From a virus, in IMG/VR virus record IMGVR_UViG_3300017971_000032, positions 13,501 to 77,500 of that record: a stretch of 64,000 bases of DNA; one strand, given 5' to 3'. This document shows positions 7,931-17,836 of this stretch, piece by piece (positions within the stretch are counted from its first letter, which is position 1; each line of letters opens with the position of its first letter). The translations under genes were made by a program, and so were the position numbers. Below the pieces are notes generated by a model. It had not been told where the DNA came from. It saw only the letters and a list, made by a program, of their open reading frames with translations, and searched no databases.

Positions 7931-10535
7931 TAATATTGGTTGCGCAGCCTGTGGTTTATGTGATCAATGCAAGTGCCCTAATATGCCCCCAGGCGAATAC
8001 TTCGATGACTACTGCGATATAATGTTTGTGGGGGAGGCTCCTGGCGCTACGGAGGATGATCAAGGCACCCCATTCGTAGGCAGATCTGGGAAGTTGTTAA
8101 GGGATGCTGTAGATTCTATAGGTCTATATAAATACGGGTACGTGTTTACTAATGTCGTACGCTGTCGCCCGCCCAACAATAAGACACCTACTAAGCGCCA
8201 AATAGGCTACTGTTTGCCTATATTGAAGGATGAGATTGAGCAATACCAGCCTAGGTTGATAATCTTGTTAGGTGGCACTCCGCTTAATGCGGTTCTAGGT
8301 GAGTCAATCGTCACCAATTGGCGAGGTACATTGATTGAACGTGATGGGTTAACATACTTGCCAGTGTTTCATCCGGCATACATCCTTCGCAATACATCAG
8401 CACTAGAAGAATGGGTGAAGGATCTTGAAAAAGCCAAATCCTTTTTGAGTGGTGATGTAGGTACTGGCAATGTGTCAGATGAGTATGAGTTGACGTTGAT
8501 AGAGACTGATGCACAAGCCCAAGATATGTACAAGACTATCAAGTCTATAGGCTTTTGTGCCTGGGACACGGAGACCAATGGGTTGCGATATGGGGACGAG
8601 CTGGTGATGATGAGCTTTGCAGTGGATGAGCCTGTCAAGCGTGCGTGGGCTGTACCAGTGCCGGGTTGCAATAAGGTGTGCAAGAGATTGTTGCTGGATC
8701 CTGACGTGTTGAAGGTGGGGCACAACATTAAATTTGATGTGTTGGCCATACATGGCAATTGGAATGTAGAAGTGCAGGGTATTGTAGGTGACAGCATGTT
8801 AGCGTCTTATGTGCTAGATCCAGTGCCAGGACGTCATGGTCTCAAGCCTTTGGCGGGCAGACATTTGGGTATGTATGATTATGCCAAGAAGCTGGAGGAT
8901 TATCAGGCATTACGCAAGGACACTAATCCTAAGTATGGTGGGGATTTGAGATTGGTGCCTACGGAAGTGTTAGCGGAGTATGCTGCTTTAGATGCTGTGG
9001 CCACATTAGAGTTGGAGTGGCGATTGTTGGATGATATGGAGGATGAGCAAAAGATAGTGTATGAGCAACTGCTCATGCCTGCTTCTGCTACATTCAGCCA
9101 TTTGGAAATGAATGGTGTTGTGATTGATGAATATTTAGTGGAGCGTTACAAAGCTATTTATGCAGAAGCCAGGGATGCTAGATTAGACGAGTTAAGATCT
9201 GATGAAATGATAGTAGCGTATCATAAGTTCAAGGTCAGACATGGGTATGATAAATTTGAGTTCAATCCTAATTCATCCTATCAGATGAGGGATGTGTTGT
9301 ATGGTTGTGTTGTATGTCCTGAGTGCCATAAGACTGTTGCTAATGAAAATGTGAATCAGGGGCGTAGGCATGAGTGTGCTAAGTGTGATACTAGATTTGC
9401 GGCAACCAAAAGCACAATGTTCAAAGGCTATGGATTAGGTATTACAGTCAAAACCAGTACTGGCAGGCCTTCCACTGGTTGGGATGTATTGAAAGAGTAT
9501 GTGGAGGAGTTGCCAATGCTGACAGTATATCGTCAGTACAAGTTGTTGGGTAAGATGCTGTCCACATATTTGGAACCGGCTATAGGGTGGAAGGATAAAG
9601 ACGGGCGTGTAAGGTCTGATTATAAGATTCACGGCACGGATACTGGCCGTGCCAGTAGTCGCAATCCCAATCTCCAAAACATTCCCACGCCTGAGAAGGA
9701 GCCTGGTACACTTTTGCAGTACTTGCCTATTAAGAACATCTTCACTTGCACTTGGCCAGAGGGTGGATGTTTGCTGTGTGCGGACTATAGTGGTATGGAG
9801 TTGCGCACGATGGCATCAGTATCAGAGTGCCAAGGTATGATAGACATATTCCTGCGCGGAGAAGATTTGCATTCTATCGTGACTGAGTTCTTGTATGATA
9901 TAAAGCGCGAGGATTATACACCAGAGGAGTGGAAGCCAATACGGTATAGAGCTAAGTGGACTAATTGGACGTTGCTGTTCGGTGGGAGTGCATACACACT
10001 CCACAGGTTGTACGGACTTGATAAAGAAGAGGCTGACCGTTTAGTCAATAGGTATTATGACTTGTTCCCGGAGGTATTGGAATACAAAGAGCGCACATTG
10101 GCTTTTGCGCGTGAACATGGATATGTAAGATCTATGTTTGGAAGGCGCAAATATTTGCCTTATATCAATGATTGGCATGATGGTAAACGTAAGGCAGACG
10201 AGCGTGCTGGCATAAATATGCCTATACAGAGTTCAGCCTTTGATGTGTTGTTATGCGCAATGATAATATTGGATGAGTGCATGTGTGATGCTAATATGCG
10301 TTCCTTGATAGTCAATACAGTCCATGACTCAATTATGTTTGATGTGTATCCTGGTGAGTTGGAGGAGTTAGCAGGTTTGTGTGGGGATGTAATGGAAAAA
10401 GTAACGAGTGTGTATGGGCCTGAAAGATTTCCAGGGCTGGACTTCTCGTGGTTCACCGTTCCACTGGTGGTGGACATGGAGATTGGCACACATTATGGAT
10501 CTTTGACAAAGTGGGGGGCAGAGAGTGGATTATAG
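7917..10535 (+). CDS. polA: Family A DNA polymerase with N-terminal UDG-4 domain and 3'-5' exonuclease
   Basis: GEAPGATED/HPAYILR (UDG); DTET, GHNIKFD, YAALD (exonuclease); TGRASSRNPNLQNIP, ADYSGMELR, RYRAKWTNW, VHDS (polymerase). Confidence 0.95.
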   Translation: MTVNDNIGCAACGLCDQCKCPNMPPGEYFDDYCDIMFVGEAPGATEDDQGTPFVGRSGKLLRDAVDSIGLYKYGYVFTNVVRCRPPNNKTPTKRQIGYCLPILKDEIEQYQPRLIILLGGTPLNAVLGESIVTNWRGTLIERDGLTYLPVFHPAYILRNTSALEEWVKDLEKAKSFLSGDVGTGNVSDEYELTLIETDAQAQDMYKTIKSIGFCAWDTETNGLRYGDELVMMSFAVDEPVKRAWAVPVPGCNKVCKRLLLDPDVLKVGHNIKFDVLAIHGNWNVEVQGIVGDSMLASYVLDPVPGRHGLKPLAGRHLGMYDYAKKLEDYQALRKDTNPKYGGDLRLVPTEVLAEYAALDAVATLELEWRLLDDMEDEQKIVYEQLLMPASATFSHLEMNGVVIDEYLVERYKAIYAEARDARLDELRSDEMIVAYHKFKVRHGYDKFEFNPNSSYQMRDVLYGCVVCPECHKTVANENVNQGRRHECAKCDTRFAATKSTMFKGYGLGITVKTSTGRPSTGWDVLKEYVEELPMLTVYRQYKLLGKMLSTYLEPAIGWKDKDGRVRSDYKIHGTDTGRASSRNPNLQNIPTPEKEPGTLLQYLPIKNIFTCTWPEGGCLLCADYSGMELRTMASVSECQGMIDIFLRGEDLHSIVTEFLYDIKREDYTPEEWKPIRYRAKWTNWTLLFGGSAYTLHRLYGLDKEEADRLVNRYYDLFPEVLEYKERTLAFAREHGYVRSMFGRRKYLPYINDWHDGKRKADERAGINMPIQSSAFDVLLCAMIILDECMCDANMRSLIVNTVHDSIMFDVYPGELEELAGLCGDVMEKVTSVYGPERFPGLDFSWFTVPLVVDMEIGTHYGSLTKWGAESGL

Positions 10536-11022
10536 CACTGGCGTCATTAGGGTTGTGTTAGGTGATTATGAAACGGAAGTTGACGTGGATGAAATCACTG
10601 GCATTGACACTCAAGATTTGACACATGAATTTGCTCAACAAGCATCATTGTTGGCTTATGTGTCAACGTTGGCTGCTGAGGCTGAGGCTGAGTGGAACAA
10701 TAGCAAACAAGCGTTTGATAGGGCCAAAGCAGAGATATACCAGGCAGTCAGGTCTGCTATGTTGGCAGATGGTGATAAGGTTACAGAGGCTAGAATAGAT
10801 GCTGCCGTAGTTCAGTCACGTGGGTATGTGGATGCCTCTGTATACGAGGCGGATGCTAGGTTGCAATATCGCATACTGCGCGGCTTAGTAGATGCTATGA
10901 TGGCTAAGGGTAGTATGTTACAGAGTTTGGGCGCGCATTTGCGATCTGAGCTGGAACAAACCGATATGGTCACACGCGTGAAGGGCATTATTGATGGCCG
11001 CACGCCTGGTGCCAGTAGATGA
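10525..11022 (+). CDS. UvsY-like recombination mediator (helical protein)
   Basis: Helical, KVTEARIDAAV pattern; lies between polymerase and SSB. Confidence 0.5.
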   Translation: MDYSTGVIRVVLGDYETEVDVDEITGIDTQDLTHEFAQQASLLAYVSTLAAEAEAEWNNSKQAFDRAKAEIYQAVRSAMLADGDKVTEARIDAAVVQSRGYVDASVYEADARLQYRILRGLVDAMMAKGSMLQSLGAHLRSELEQTDMVTRVKGIIDGRTPGASR

Positions 11023-11031
11023 CCGCGCAAA

Positions 11032-11043
11032 CGGTTTAGTATA
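11032..11043 (+). promoter_or_regulatory. Phage promoter-like motif CGGTTTAGTATA (copy 1)
   Basis: Intergenic, upstream of SSB; seven copies found, all intergenic and oriented with the downstream gene. Confidence 0.7.
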
Positions 11044-11104
11044 TCAGGTTCGAGTACATAGCCGATTTGCGGCAGTAGTCTATCATCTATAGTTGGAGGT
11101 AAAA

Positions 11105-11878
11105 ATGTCTAGCAGCAAAGCGTATAAAGACTTGTTGGACAAGATCCAAAGCGTGGATTTGGGCACAAGCGGGTTCTGGAAGCCACCTCAAGGTATGAGT
11201 ACGGTGCGCATCTTGCCACCGGTGGGTGACATGGAGTACTTTTTCATGGAGGTGGGCCAGCACTATGTGGGTGGGCAGAACTATATGTGCCCCAATCTTT
11301 GCACGGAGGGTAAGGAAGGGTGCCCGTTGTGCGACGTCAACGAGGTGCTGTACAAAGCGGGTGAGAAGGATGCAGCCAGTCAGTACCGTGTACGGCGCAG
11401 CTTCTGGATGAACATTATCGTGCGGGGCAGCGAGGGTGATGGCCCACAGATCTTCACCCCAGGAGTGACAATCTTTCGCACAATCGCTTCCATCATCAGT
11501 GACCCGGACTATGGTGATGTCACCGACCTTGATGAAGGGTTCGATATCAAGGTCGTGCGTGATGGCACTGGCCTCAGTACGAAGTATGAAACGCGTGCAG
11601 TGCGCAATCCATCCGAGTTGGGTGACGATGCACAGATTGAGGAGTGGTTAGAGAAGGCCACAGATCTGGATGAGTTCGTCTCTGGCCAGTTGTCTGACAG
11701 CTATGATGATCTAGCCGAGGAGAGTGGTGTGTCCCTTTTCCTGGATGAAGGTGACGTCACGTCCTTGATTGTGGATGCGCCAGAAGAGGACGAGGAGGAG
11801 GAAGCCAGCGCTTCGGATCGCATCCGTGATCGGTTGTCCAGAAGGGGGCAGCATCGGCGCAGCAGGAGTCGCCGTTGA
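11105..11878 (+). CDS. T4 gp32-like single-stranded DNA-binding protein
   Basis: FWKP, VRILPP, QHY..CP......CPLC, YGDVTDLDEGFDI, acidic tail; GGAGGT RBS. Confidence 0.8.
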   Translation: MSSSKAYKDLLDKIQSVDLGTSGFWKPPQGMSTVRILPPVGDMEYFFMEVGQHYVGGQNYMCPNLCTEGKEGCPLCDVNEVLYKAGEKDAASQYRVRRSFWMNIIVRGSEGDGPQIFTPGVTIFRTIASIISDPDYGDVTDLDEGFDIKVVRDGTGLSTKYETRAVRNPSELGDDAQIEEWLEKATDLDEFVSGQLSDSYDDLAEESGVSLFLDEGDVTSLIVDAPEEDEEEEASASDRIRDRLSRRGQHRRSRSRR

Positions 11879-11900
11879 TCGTATTCTCCTTCTTTGCGAT

Positions 11901-11933
11901 GGGGGAGGGACTGAGTCGGGCAGTCCCTCCCCC
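11901..11933 (+). terminator. 13-bp perfect hairpin after SSB
   Basis: GGGGGAGGGACTG-7 nt-CAGTCCCTCCCCC; U-tract weak. Confidence 0.55.
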
Positions 11934-12043
11934 TGGTTCTGAACCTGATTTGTTGGGTGATGTGTTGTTGGTAATGTATGTGATAATGTTGTTGGCTGTG
12001 TGGGTGTATCTTATAATAGATTCGTATATGAAGGGGGATTGAA

Positions 12044-12310
12044 ATGAAAATCATCAAATATAGGTCGTGGAGATTCAAAGCATTTATGGACAGTATCACG
12101 GGCAAGATTATTGTAGGCTTGCTTGTGGCATTGCTCTTGTGTGCCGCAGTGTGCGTAGGTTGGATTAACATCAACCAGGACAAGTTCACTGTGGTGTTCC
12201 ATACTGGCCCTACCACTGACCCGGTTGAGATGGACAAGAAGTATGGTGCCATCCTGGCTGAGCTTGAGGGGGAGTTGGGCAGGCCTGTGGAGTTGAAGAT
12301 GGCGGTATAG
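12044..12310 (+). pseudogene. phnD: N-terminal fragment of a PhnD-like phosphate/phosphonate-binding protein
   Basis: Membrane anchor, then ...KKYGAILAELEGELGRPVELK, which resembles the start of PhnD; stops after 88 aa. Confidence 0.6.
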
Positions 12311-12438
12311 GCATGGATCTAACTACTAGTGTAGGGCTGTTCAAATATGGTTGGACGGGTGTGATTATCATTATGATTGTGGCAGTGTCTGTGGGGTTAG
12401 ATTTGCTGAGCAGATATATTAGGAGCAGGTTGGAATGA
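12301..12438 (+). pseudogene. phnE: C-terminal fragment of a PhnE-like ABC permease
   Basis: GGIGMDLTTSVGLFKYGWTGVIIIMIVAVSVGLDLLSRYIRSRLE*; ends in an ATGA overlap with the next gene. Confidence 0.7.
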
Positions 12439-13151
12439 TTGGAATTGTATTAGCAGCCGGCAAATCTGAACGTATGAGTGGTGCAATGAATAAGTGCATC
12501 AAACCTTTGGATGGTGCTGGCCACACGATGTTAGGCAGAGTGATTAGTCAATTGCGCAGCTTGGATGTGGCTCCTGTTGTAGTAGTAGGTTACCAGGCTA
12601 AGGCTGTCATGAAGCGTTACTGTGCCAAGGCCACATTTGTCTACAACCCTGACTATGAATCCACAGGCAGCCTGTATTCTCTTTGGCTGGCGTTGAAAAT
12701 TATATATGATGTCAGTGATGTGGTGCTGGCTTCTGGATCTAATATAATTACAGCCTACACCTTGCGCAATATGATGCGCATTGAGGTGCCGAAAGGTGAC
12801 AACATTGCTGTCATGTATCCTTACCCTCATGGCCAAGCTGGTGCCCGCAACATATATCATCGTGTAGTGACTTCTGTGGAGAATGGCGCATTAAGGCATG
12901 ACATAGCAGAAACAGCTCCTCGTGATGAGTGTCCCGAATGGTGTGATGAGAGCATGGCATACTCTCAATTTGGGATAGCCAACAGATTATATTTGTTGCA
13001 TCACATACCGTATGTGCCTGGTTGGCGTACTGCTAGTGTAGGCAAAGCTTTAGCAGGATTCCAGGCTATGAATGTGGGTGTACATGACACGCTAGATGTT
13101 AACACACAGGCAGATTTTAGGTTGGCCAAGGAATGGTTTGGATATGGGTAA
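12435..13151 (+). CDS. NTP transferase (LicC/phosphocholine-cytidylyltransferase-like)
   Basis: IVLAAGKSERM..NKC, VVVGYQA, YNPDYESTGSLYSL, DVNT..D. Confidence 0.8.
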   Translation: MIGIVLAAGKSERMSGAMNKCIKPLDGAGHTMLGRVISQLRSLDVAPVVVVGYQAKAVMKRYCAKATFVYNPDYESTGSLYSLWLALKIIYDVSDVVLASGSNIITAYTLRNMMRIEVPKGDNIAVMYPYPHGQAGARNIYHRVVTSVENGALRHDIAETAPRDECPEWCDESMAYSQFGIANRLYLLHHIPYVPGWRTASVGKALAGFQAMNVGVHDTLDVNTQADFRLAKEWFGYG

Positions 13152-13917
13152 GATCGCTATCATAGCTGCGGCTGGATGGAAGGGTACCAGTTCAGTCTTT
13201 CCGGAGATTGACAAAGGCATACCTGAGCCGTTGTTGCCTTGCCACGGACAGACGTTGCTGTCTAGGCAAGTGTGTCAGTTGAGGTGTGCTGGGTATTACA
13301 CCATTGCGGCCATAGGACAACCAGGTAGCATATACGCGCAGTGGGCAAGCTTAAGGTTGCGTGAAGGTCATATTGATGTGTCAGGCACTTATGAAGGCAC
13401 TAGACCGCCTGGGCCATGGACTTGGCAGAGGGTGGATTATGTTAGATCTATAGGGGCTGTGCCTGTGTTAATACAGCACCCTGGCTGTCATAACAGCTTC
13501 GATACGGTTACTCAGTGTATGGATATGGTAGGCTATAGTCAGTGGGATGAATTACTGGTAACCTTTGGAGATTATATATTTAGTAATGAGTTACTGACTG
13601 CAATGTTGGAGTTGCCTGCCCCAGTCCAGATTTGGATGGGTGAAGTCAAGGGTGCGCTTCATCATAAGTTCTTGAGATTGAATGTGGAATGTGCCAAGGC
13701 TTATTATGAGTTGCCATCATACGACCAAAACAAAGTAGGACACACATCTCACAATGATAAAGTGCGCAAGGTCTTGGAGGAATTAGGAGCGCCAGTTATA
13801 AATGCGGAACAAGCATTCAAACGTATATACAAACATGGCGAGTATGGTTGGATGGATATTGACTTTCCTTCCAATTATACCAGATTGAGACAGTGGGTAA
13901 AGGATGGTAAGATATGA
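13144..13917 (+). CDS. Divergent nucleotidyltransferase
   Basis: IIAAAG, IPEPLLP..GQTLL, TFGDYIF, MDIDFPSNY. Confidence 0.65.
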   Translation: MGKIAIIAAAGWKGTSSVFPEIDKGIPEPLLPCHGQTLLSRQVCQLRCAGYYTIAAIGQPGSIYAQWASLRLREGHIDVSGTYEGTRPPGPWTWQRVDYVRSIGAVPVLIQHPGCHNSFDTVTQCMDMVGYSQWDELLVTFGDYIFSNELLTAMLELPAPVQIWMGEVKGALHHKFLRLNVECAKAYYELPSYDQNKVGHTSHNDKVRKVLEELGAPVINAEQAFKRIYKHGEYGWMDIDFPSNYTRLRQWVKDGKI

Positions 13918-14789
13918 TAGCTGCTGGATCTGTGAACGTAACGTATCCTGTTCGTATACATGAGGATGCGGACATTTGGGTGTCAGACCATTTGTCCATA
14001 GGCCAGTACACAGTCATCAAGTCCGGGTTCAAGGCCAAGTGTCGCAGTTTGACAATCGGACGTCATTGCTATATCCACGAGGGTGTAGAGATCGGGTTTG
14101 GCGGATGTATGGGCTTGAATGCGCATGTTCACATAGGTGATTATGTAGGCATCTTCCAAAACACGCATATTAACTGTGCGGAGCCTGTCTATATCGGTGA
14201 TTGCTGCGGTCTGGGGCAGGAAGTGAAAATCTGGACGCACGGCACCTGGTTGCCGGTGGCGGAGGGATTCCCTCCGCAGAAGCAGGAGCCGGTGCGCATT
14301 GGTGATAAAGTATGGCTACCCGCACGCACGCAGGTGTTGGCAGGTGTGGAGATTGGTGATAATGTGGTAGTTGGCATCAACTCACTGGTTAACAAGTCAT
14401 TGCCATCAGGATGCTTTGCTGCTGGCATTCCTGCCAAAGTGATAAAAGAGAATGTATATCCTAAGCCTTTGACCACTGAGGAGTTAATGCAAGTTGCACG
14501 TGAATTGTGCGCTGGATATTTGCCCATAGCGCAGGATAAGGGGTTTCAGCCAGATTGTCTTGCCCCGTATTTGGATACAGACAATGGGCATGTGTACATA
14601 GACTTCCAGATGAGTGAGGGCGAGGGTGCTGTAGAGTTTGATTTGAGTGACCCTAGTGCTACATATTTGCCTGGCATTAGTGAGTATGAGGAGGATTTTA
14701 GGGATTATTTGCGTCGCAACGGTTTCAAGTTTCACAATGGCGGTTTCTTCAAATCCATGTTGCCGACAAGGTTCACTGAGGTACGTTGA
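13914..14789 (+). CDS. Hexapeptide-repeat (LbH) sugar acyltransferase
   Basis: IGRHCYI/IGDYVGI/IGDKVWL/IGDNVVV repeats, IWTH, AGIPAKVIK. Confidence 0.9.
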   Translation: MIAAGSVNVTYPVRIHEDADIWVSDHLSIGQYTVIKSGFKAKCRSLTIGRHCYIHEGVEIGFGGCMGLNAHVHIGDYVGIFQNTHINCAEPVYIGDCCGLGQEVKIWTHGTWLPVAEGFPPQKQEPVRIGDKVWLPARTQVLAGVEIGDNVVVGINSLVNKSLPSGCFAAGIPAKVIKENVYPKPLTTEELMQVARELCAGYLPIAQDKGFQPDCLAPYLDTDNGHVYIDFQMSEGEGAVEFDLSDPSATYLPGISEYEEDFRDYLRRNGFKFHNGGFFKSMLPTRFTEVR

Positions 14790-15448
14790 TGTCGAAAGCC
14801 GAATTTATGGGATACAAAGATGTAATATGCCTGTCCCCACATCCTGATGATGTAGAATATGGCATGTATGGCACGGTGTTGTCCTGTCCTGGCACTACCT
14901 TTTGGATTATCGTAATGAGCCAGGGTGCTCCATCTAATCCTACCTATGGTAAGGTGAGGCTAGAAGAAGTCACCAGGTGCTGGAAGGGTGTGCACAATAA
15001 GACATTAATATTCACAAATGCTAGCAGTCTAATGTCTTTGGCGGAGCGTGAGTGGATTGGCAAGTTGGAGCATGATTATTCAGATGTGCTAGGTATATGT
15101 AGTACTATGATAGTGCCGCCGTTAGATGATGACCATTATGAGCATTCGCTAGTGTCCAGAGTAGGTCGTGCTATTGCCAGATCTAATGCCTATGGGTTGA
15201 TAGAATATCGCACTGCCAGTGCTAGGGAAAGTTGGACACCTAATTTAGTGGTGGATATTACAGACAATTATGTTGCCAAGCGTCAGGCTATGGTGAATTT
15301 TCAAAGTCAGGCCAAGCATGGCTACTTTTCGCAAGCTGGTTTGAATGCCTTTCACATCCATTATGGCGCATCCAGGCGTGGGTATGGTACATGGCATGAG
15401 TTGTTCAGAATAGTGATGATGTATATGGGGGGAGGCAATAATGATTAG
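14786..15448 (+). CDS. PIG-L/LmbE family deacetylase
   Basis: SPHPDDVEYG, DDHYEH, VDIT...KR.A...FQSQ. Confidence 0.9.
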   Translation: MMSKAEFMGYKDVICLSPHPDDVEYGMYGTVLSCPGTTFWIIVMSQGAPSNPTYGKVRLEEVTRCWKGVHNKTLIFTNASSLMSLAEREWIGKLEHDYSDVLGICSTMIVPPLDDDHYEHSLVSRVGRAIARSNAYGLIEYRTASARESWTPNLVVDITDNYVAKRQAMVNFQSQAKHGYFSQAGLNAFHIHYGASRRGYGTWHELFRIVMMYMGGGNND

Positions 15449-16109
15449 CAGACCTAATGGGCAGGCTTCTGTAGATGCCATAAAGCATTCTGAGCATATA
15501 CCAACGTATGGCAGTCAGTTGATGTTGTTCCATGATGCTATACGTAGTGCTTTAAAAGGCACGCGTGGGGCGATAGTTGCAGAGTTTGGCGTGTACAAGG
15601 GCAAGACGTTGCAAATGATTAGTGACAGACTGCGATGGCATAACATACATTGCAATCTGTATGGCTTTGACTCATTTCAAGGCTTGCCGGAGGCATACAC
15701 GCCTTATTATGGCAAAGGGCACTTCAATGTGAGTGAATCAGATATGGAACAGGTGCGGCGTGACGCTATGGCTTGTGATGCGTGTCTTATTGAAGGTTAT
15801 TTTCAAGACACGCTTGAGTCATTTTTGTTTACGCATCCAGGCCAGTTCAGATTCGTGCATATGGATGCTGATTTATATCAGCCTACTAAATATGTTTTGA
15901 GTACATTGATGGATTGGCATAGACTATTGCCAGGCTCAGTTATACAGTTCGATGAAATGTTTTATGTCAAGCCAGATGATGGACGTTGGTATTGGGATGA
16001 ATATAAGGCTTGGACAGAGTTTGTATACAGGTATAACATCAAGTATGAGTGGATAGGATCCTACACTCAACGAGGGGCTGTTATGTTGTGGGAGGTAGGG
16101 AATGAGTGA
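15441..16109 (+). CDS. TylF/MycF-family O-methyltransferase
   Basis: EFGVYKG, GFDSFQGLPE, GYFQDTL, HMDADLY, FDE. Confidence 0.9.
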   Translation: MISRPNGQASVDAIKHSEHIPTYGSQLMLFHDAIRSALKGTRGAIVAEFGVYKGKTLQMISDRLRWHNIHCNLYGFDSFQGLPEAYTPYYGKGHFNVSESDMEQVRRDAMACDACLIEGYFQDTLESFLFTHPGQFRFVHMDADLYQPTKYVLSTLMDWHRLLPGSVIQFDEMFYVKPDDGRWYWDEYKAWTEFVYRYNIKYEWIGSYTQRGAVMLWEVGNE

Positions 16110-17238
16110 CTATAACCAATTTGATTGTCACCGCAGATTCATCTCGGCCGACAATGGATCGGTTGTGGACAATTTCTGGGATGCATTGCCCTCAGACAAG
16201 ATGCTGACATTGGATCCAGATTATGTGTTTCCGGTGTTTGATATAGGCACATATCGTACCTTGTTCAGTGAGGTGGACGTGGCATTGCCTTTTGATGCGC
16301 TTACTGACAAGGAACTGGAGTTGGTGAAACTGCCTAACGGTTCTAATGAATGTAGCAAGGCTGAGTTGATTAAATGGTGGGGTGATGCTATAGTCGATCA
16401 TATATATAAGGCTTGGGATCCTACTAAATTTCATTTAGTGTTTCACAGCAGTGGGTGGGACAGCCGTGCGGTGTCTGGGGCTGTGTGGCGGGGTGTAAGG
16501 GAAGAGTTAGGTTGGGATTGGGATTGGGATGACGTGCTGTTTGTATGTATAGGGCCAGAGAGTGACGAATTCAAGTGTATTATGGAATACGAGGGTTGGG
16601 AAGACTATCAGTATGTGGCAGTAACTGATATGATTAGCCATTATGATAGGTGTTTGGATTTTCACGATGCTTGGCAGTGGTTGAATGGCCCCATCAACCT
16701 TGGATATAATATGAATTGGGTGTTGATTGAGCATTTGCAGCGCGAGGGATTGGTGCCTGAGCATGATGATGACATCCAACTATTTACCGGACGCAATGAC
16801 GTAGTGTTTGAAGTTAGTGCTGGATCTGATTGTACACTTAAACGAGATTATCTTCACAACTACAGCGCTGTTACCAGTTCTGTGTTGTACAAGGTTGACG
16901 ATTTGGTGTTGCCTCTTATGTCGTATGATGTGGTGCGCACGTTGGCCACATCCACAGCGCGTGTGGGTTATGCCTCCATGCGTCGAGATCTGGTGGCTTA
17001 CATGGATGAAGGTCTGGCCAAGTTCAATCGCATTCAAGATCCGTTCCCAACTATGGAAATAGGGCAGCATGAGCGAGCGATTCAGGATTACAAGGAATCG
17101 TGGTATGGTCAGAATGTGCATCCATCGTTGAAATCATCATCCGCTATATTGTCATATGATGAGTGGTGGAGCAGATGGACGTGTGCTGTTATTGTGGAGC
17201 ACTTGTTGGAAGAAGGCTATGACATCACAATTGGCTAA
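16102..17238 (+). CDS. Asparagine-synthase-like ATP-pyrophosphatase (amide-forming) protein
   Basis: PP-loop-like VFHSSGWDS; no clear glutaminase domain. Confidence 0.5.
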   Translation: MSDYNQFDCHRRFISADNGSVVDNFWDALPSDKMLTLDPDYVFPVFDIGTYRTLFSEVDVALPFDALTDKELELVKLPNGSNECSKAELIKWWGDAIVDHIYKAWDPTKFHLVFHSSGWDSRAVSGAVWRGVREELGWDWDWDDVLFVCIGPESDEFKCIMEYEGWEDYQYVAVTDMISHYDRCLDFHDAWQWLNGPINLGYNMNWVLIEHLQREGLVPEHDDDIQLFTGRNDVVFEVSAGSDCTLKRDYLHNYSAVTSSVLYKVDDLVLPLMSYDVVRTLATSTARVGYASMRRDLVAYMDEGLAKFNRIQDPFPTMEIGQHERAIQDYKESWYGQNVHPSLKSSSAILSYDEWWSRWTCAVIVEHLLEEGYDITIG

Positions 17239-17836
17239 GGTTGCATTGGTGTGCCCTTCTTTGAATCTGTGCAGGGCGCAAGATACGTTAGTTAAGGCTG
17301 AACATACAGCAGGCGTGCCTGTGGAGTTGATCGCATCGCATGACAAACATGGTGAAGGGTTTACTAAGGCAGTGAACAGAGGATGGCGTGCGGCATTGGA
17401 TGTTGACGATGTCACGCACTTGACTGTAATCAATGACGACACGCACCCTGACCGGATTGAGACAGGATGGCTCAGGCGATTAGTAGAGGCTTTGGAAAGT
17501 CACACCAATTTTGGAGTATGCGGGCCAAGTGGCCCATGTCGCACGGATCCTCAGAAGTCAGGCAAGCCTGGAATGCCTAAGCGTGTGGTAGGTGTCCAGC
17601 CCTATAGTCTAGCATTTTTCATGGTGGTTATGAAGCGCCAAGTGATGGATGATGTAGGGTTGTTGGACGAGAATTATATACATTATGGCAGTGATAATGA
17701 CTGGTGCCATAGGGCTGCCAAGGCTGGTTGGCGCGTGGTATGGGTGCAGGATGTGTATATGCCTCACGATGTGGGATCTATCAAACATGAGTGGCGTGCA
17801 CATGATAGATCACTATACCTTAACAAATGGGGTTGA
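17219..17836 (+). CDS. GT2-family glycosyltransferase
   Basis: GFTKAVNRG, INDDT, VGLLDENY.HYGSDNDWCHRA. Confidence 0.85.
   Translation: MTSQLAKVALVCPSLNLCRAQDTLVKAEHTAGVPVELIASHDKHGEGFTKAVNRGWRAALDVDDVTHLTVINDDTHPDRIETGWLRRLVEALESHTNFGVCGPSGPCRTDPQKSGKPGMPKRVVGVQPYSLAFFMVVMKRQVMDDVGLLDENYIHYGSDNDWCHRAAKAGWRVVWVQDVYMPHDVGSIKHEWRAHDRSLYLNKWG

Noticed and set aside
9300-9420. Intein or intron in the DNA polymerase (recA, terL and the helicase were also checked)
   Set aside because: The insertion is short and Cys-rich, with no intein terminal motifs or homing endonuclease; the other genes are normal length
11053-11065. 13-nt match AGTACATAGCCGA with 39976-39988
   Set aside because: Matches of this length are expected by chance in 64 kb, and the two copies face opposite ways relative to local transcription
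11945-12020. Pho box upstream of the phnD remnant
   Set aside because: TATAAT is present at 12012, but the TGTTG/TAAT repeats are not at 11-bp spacing
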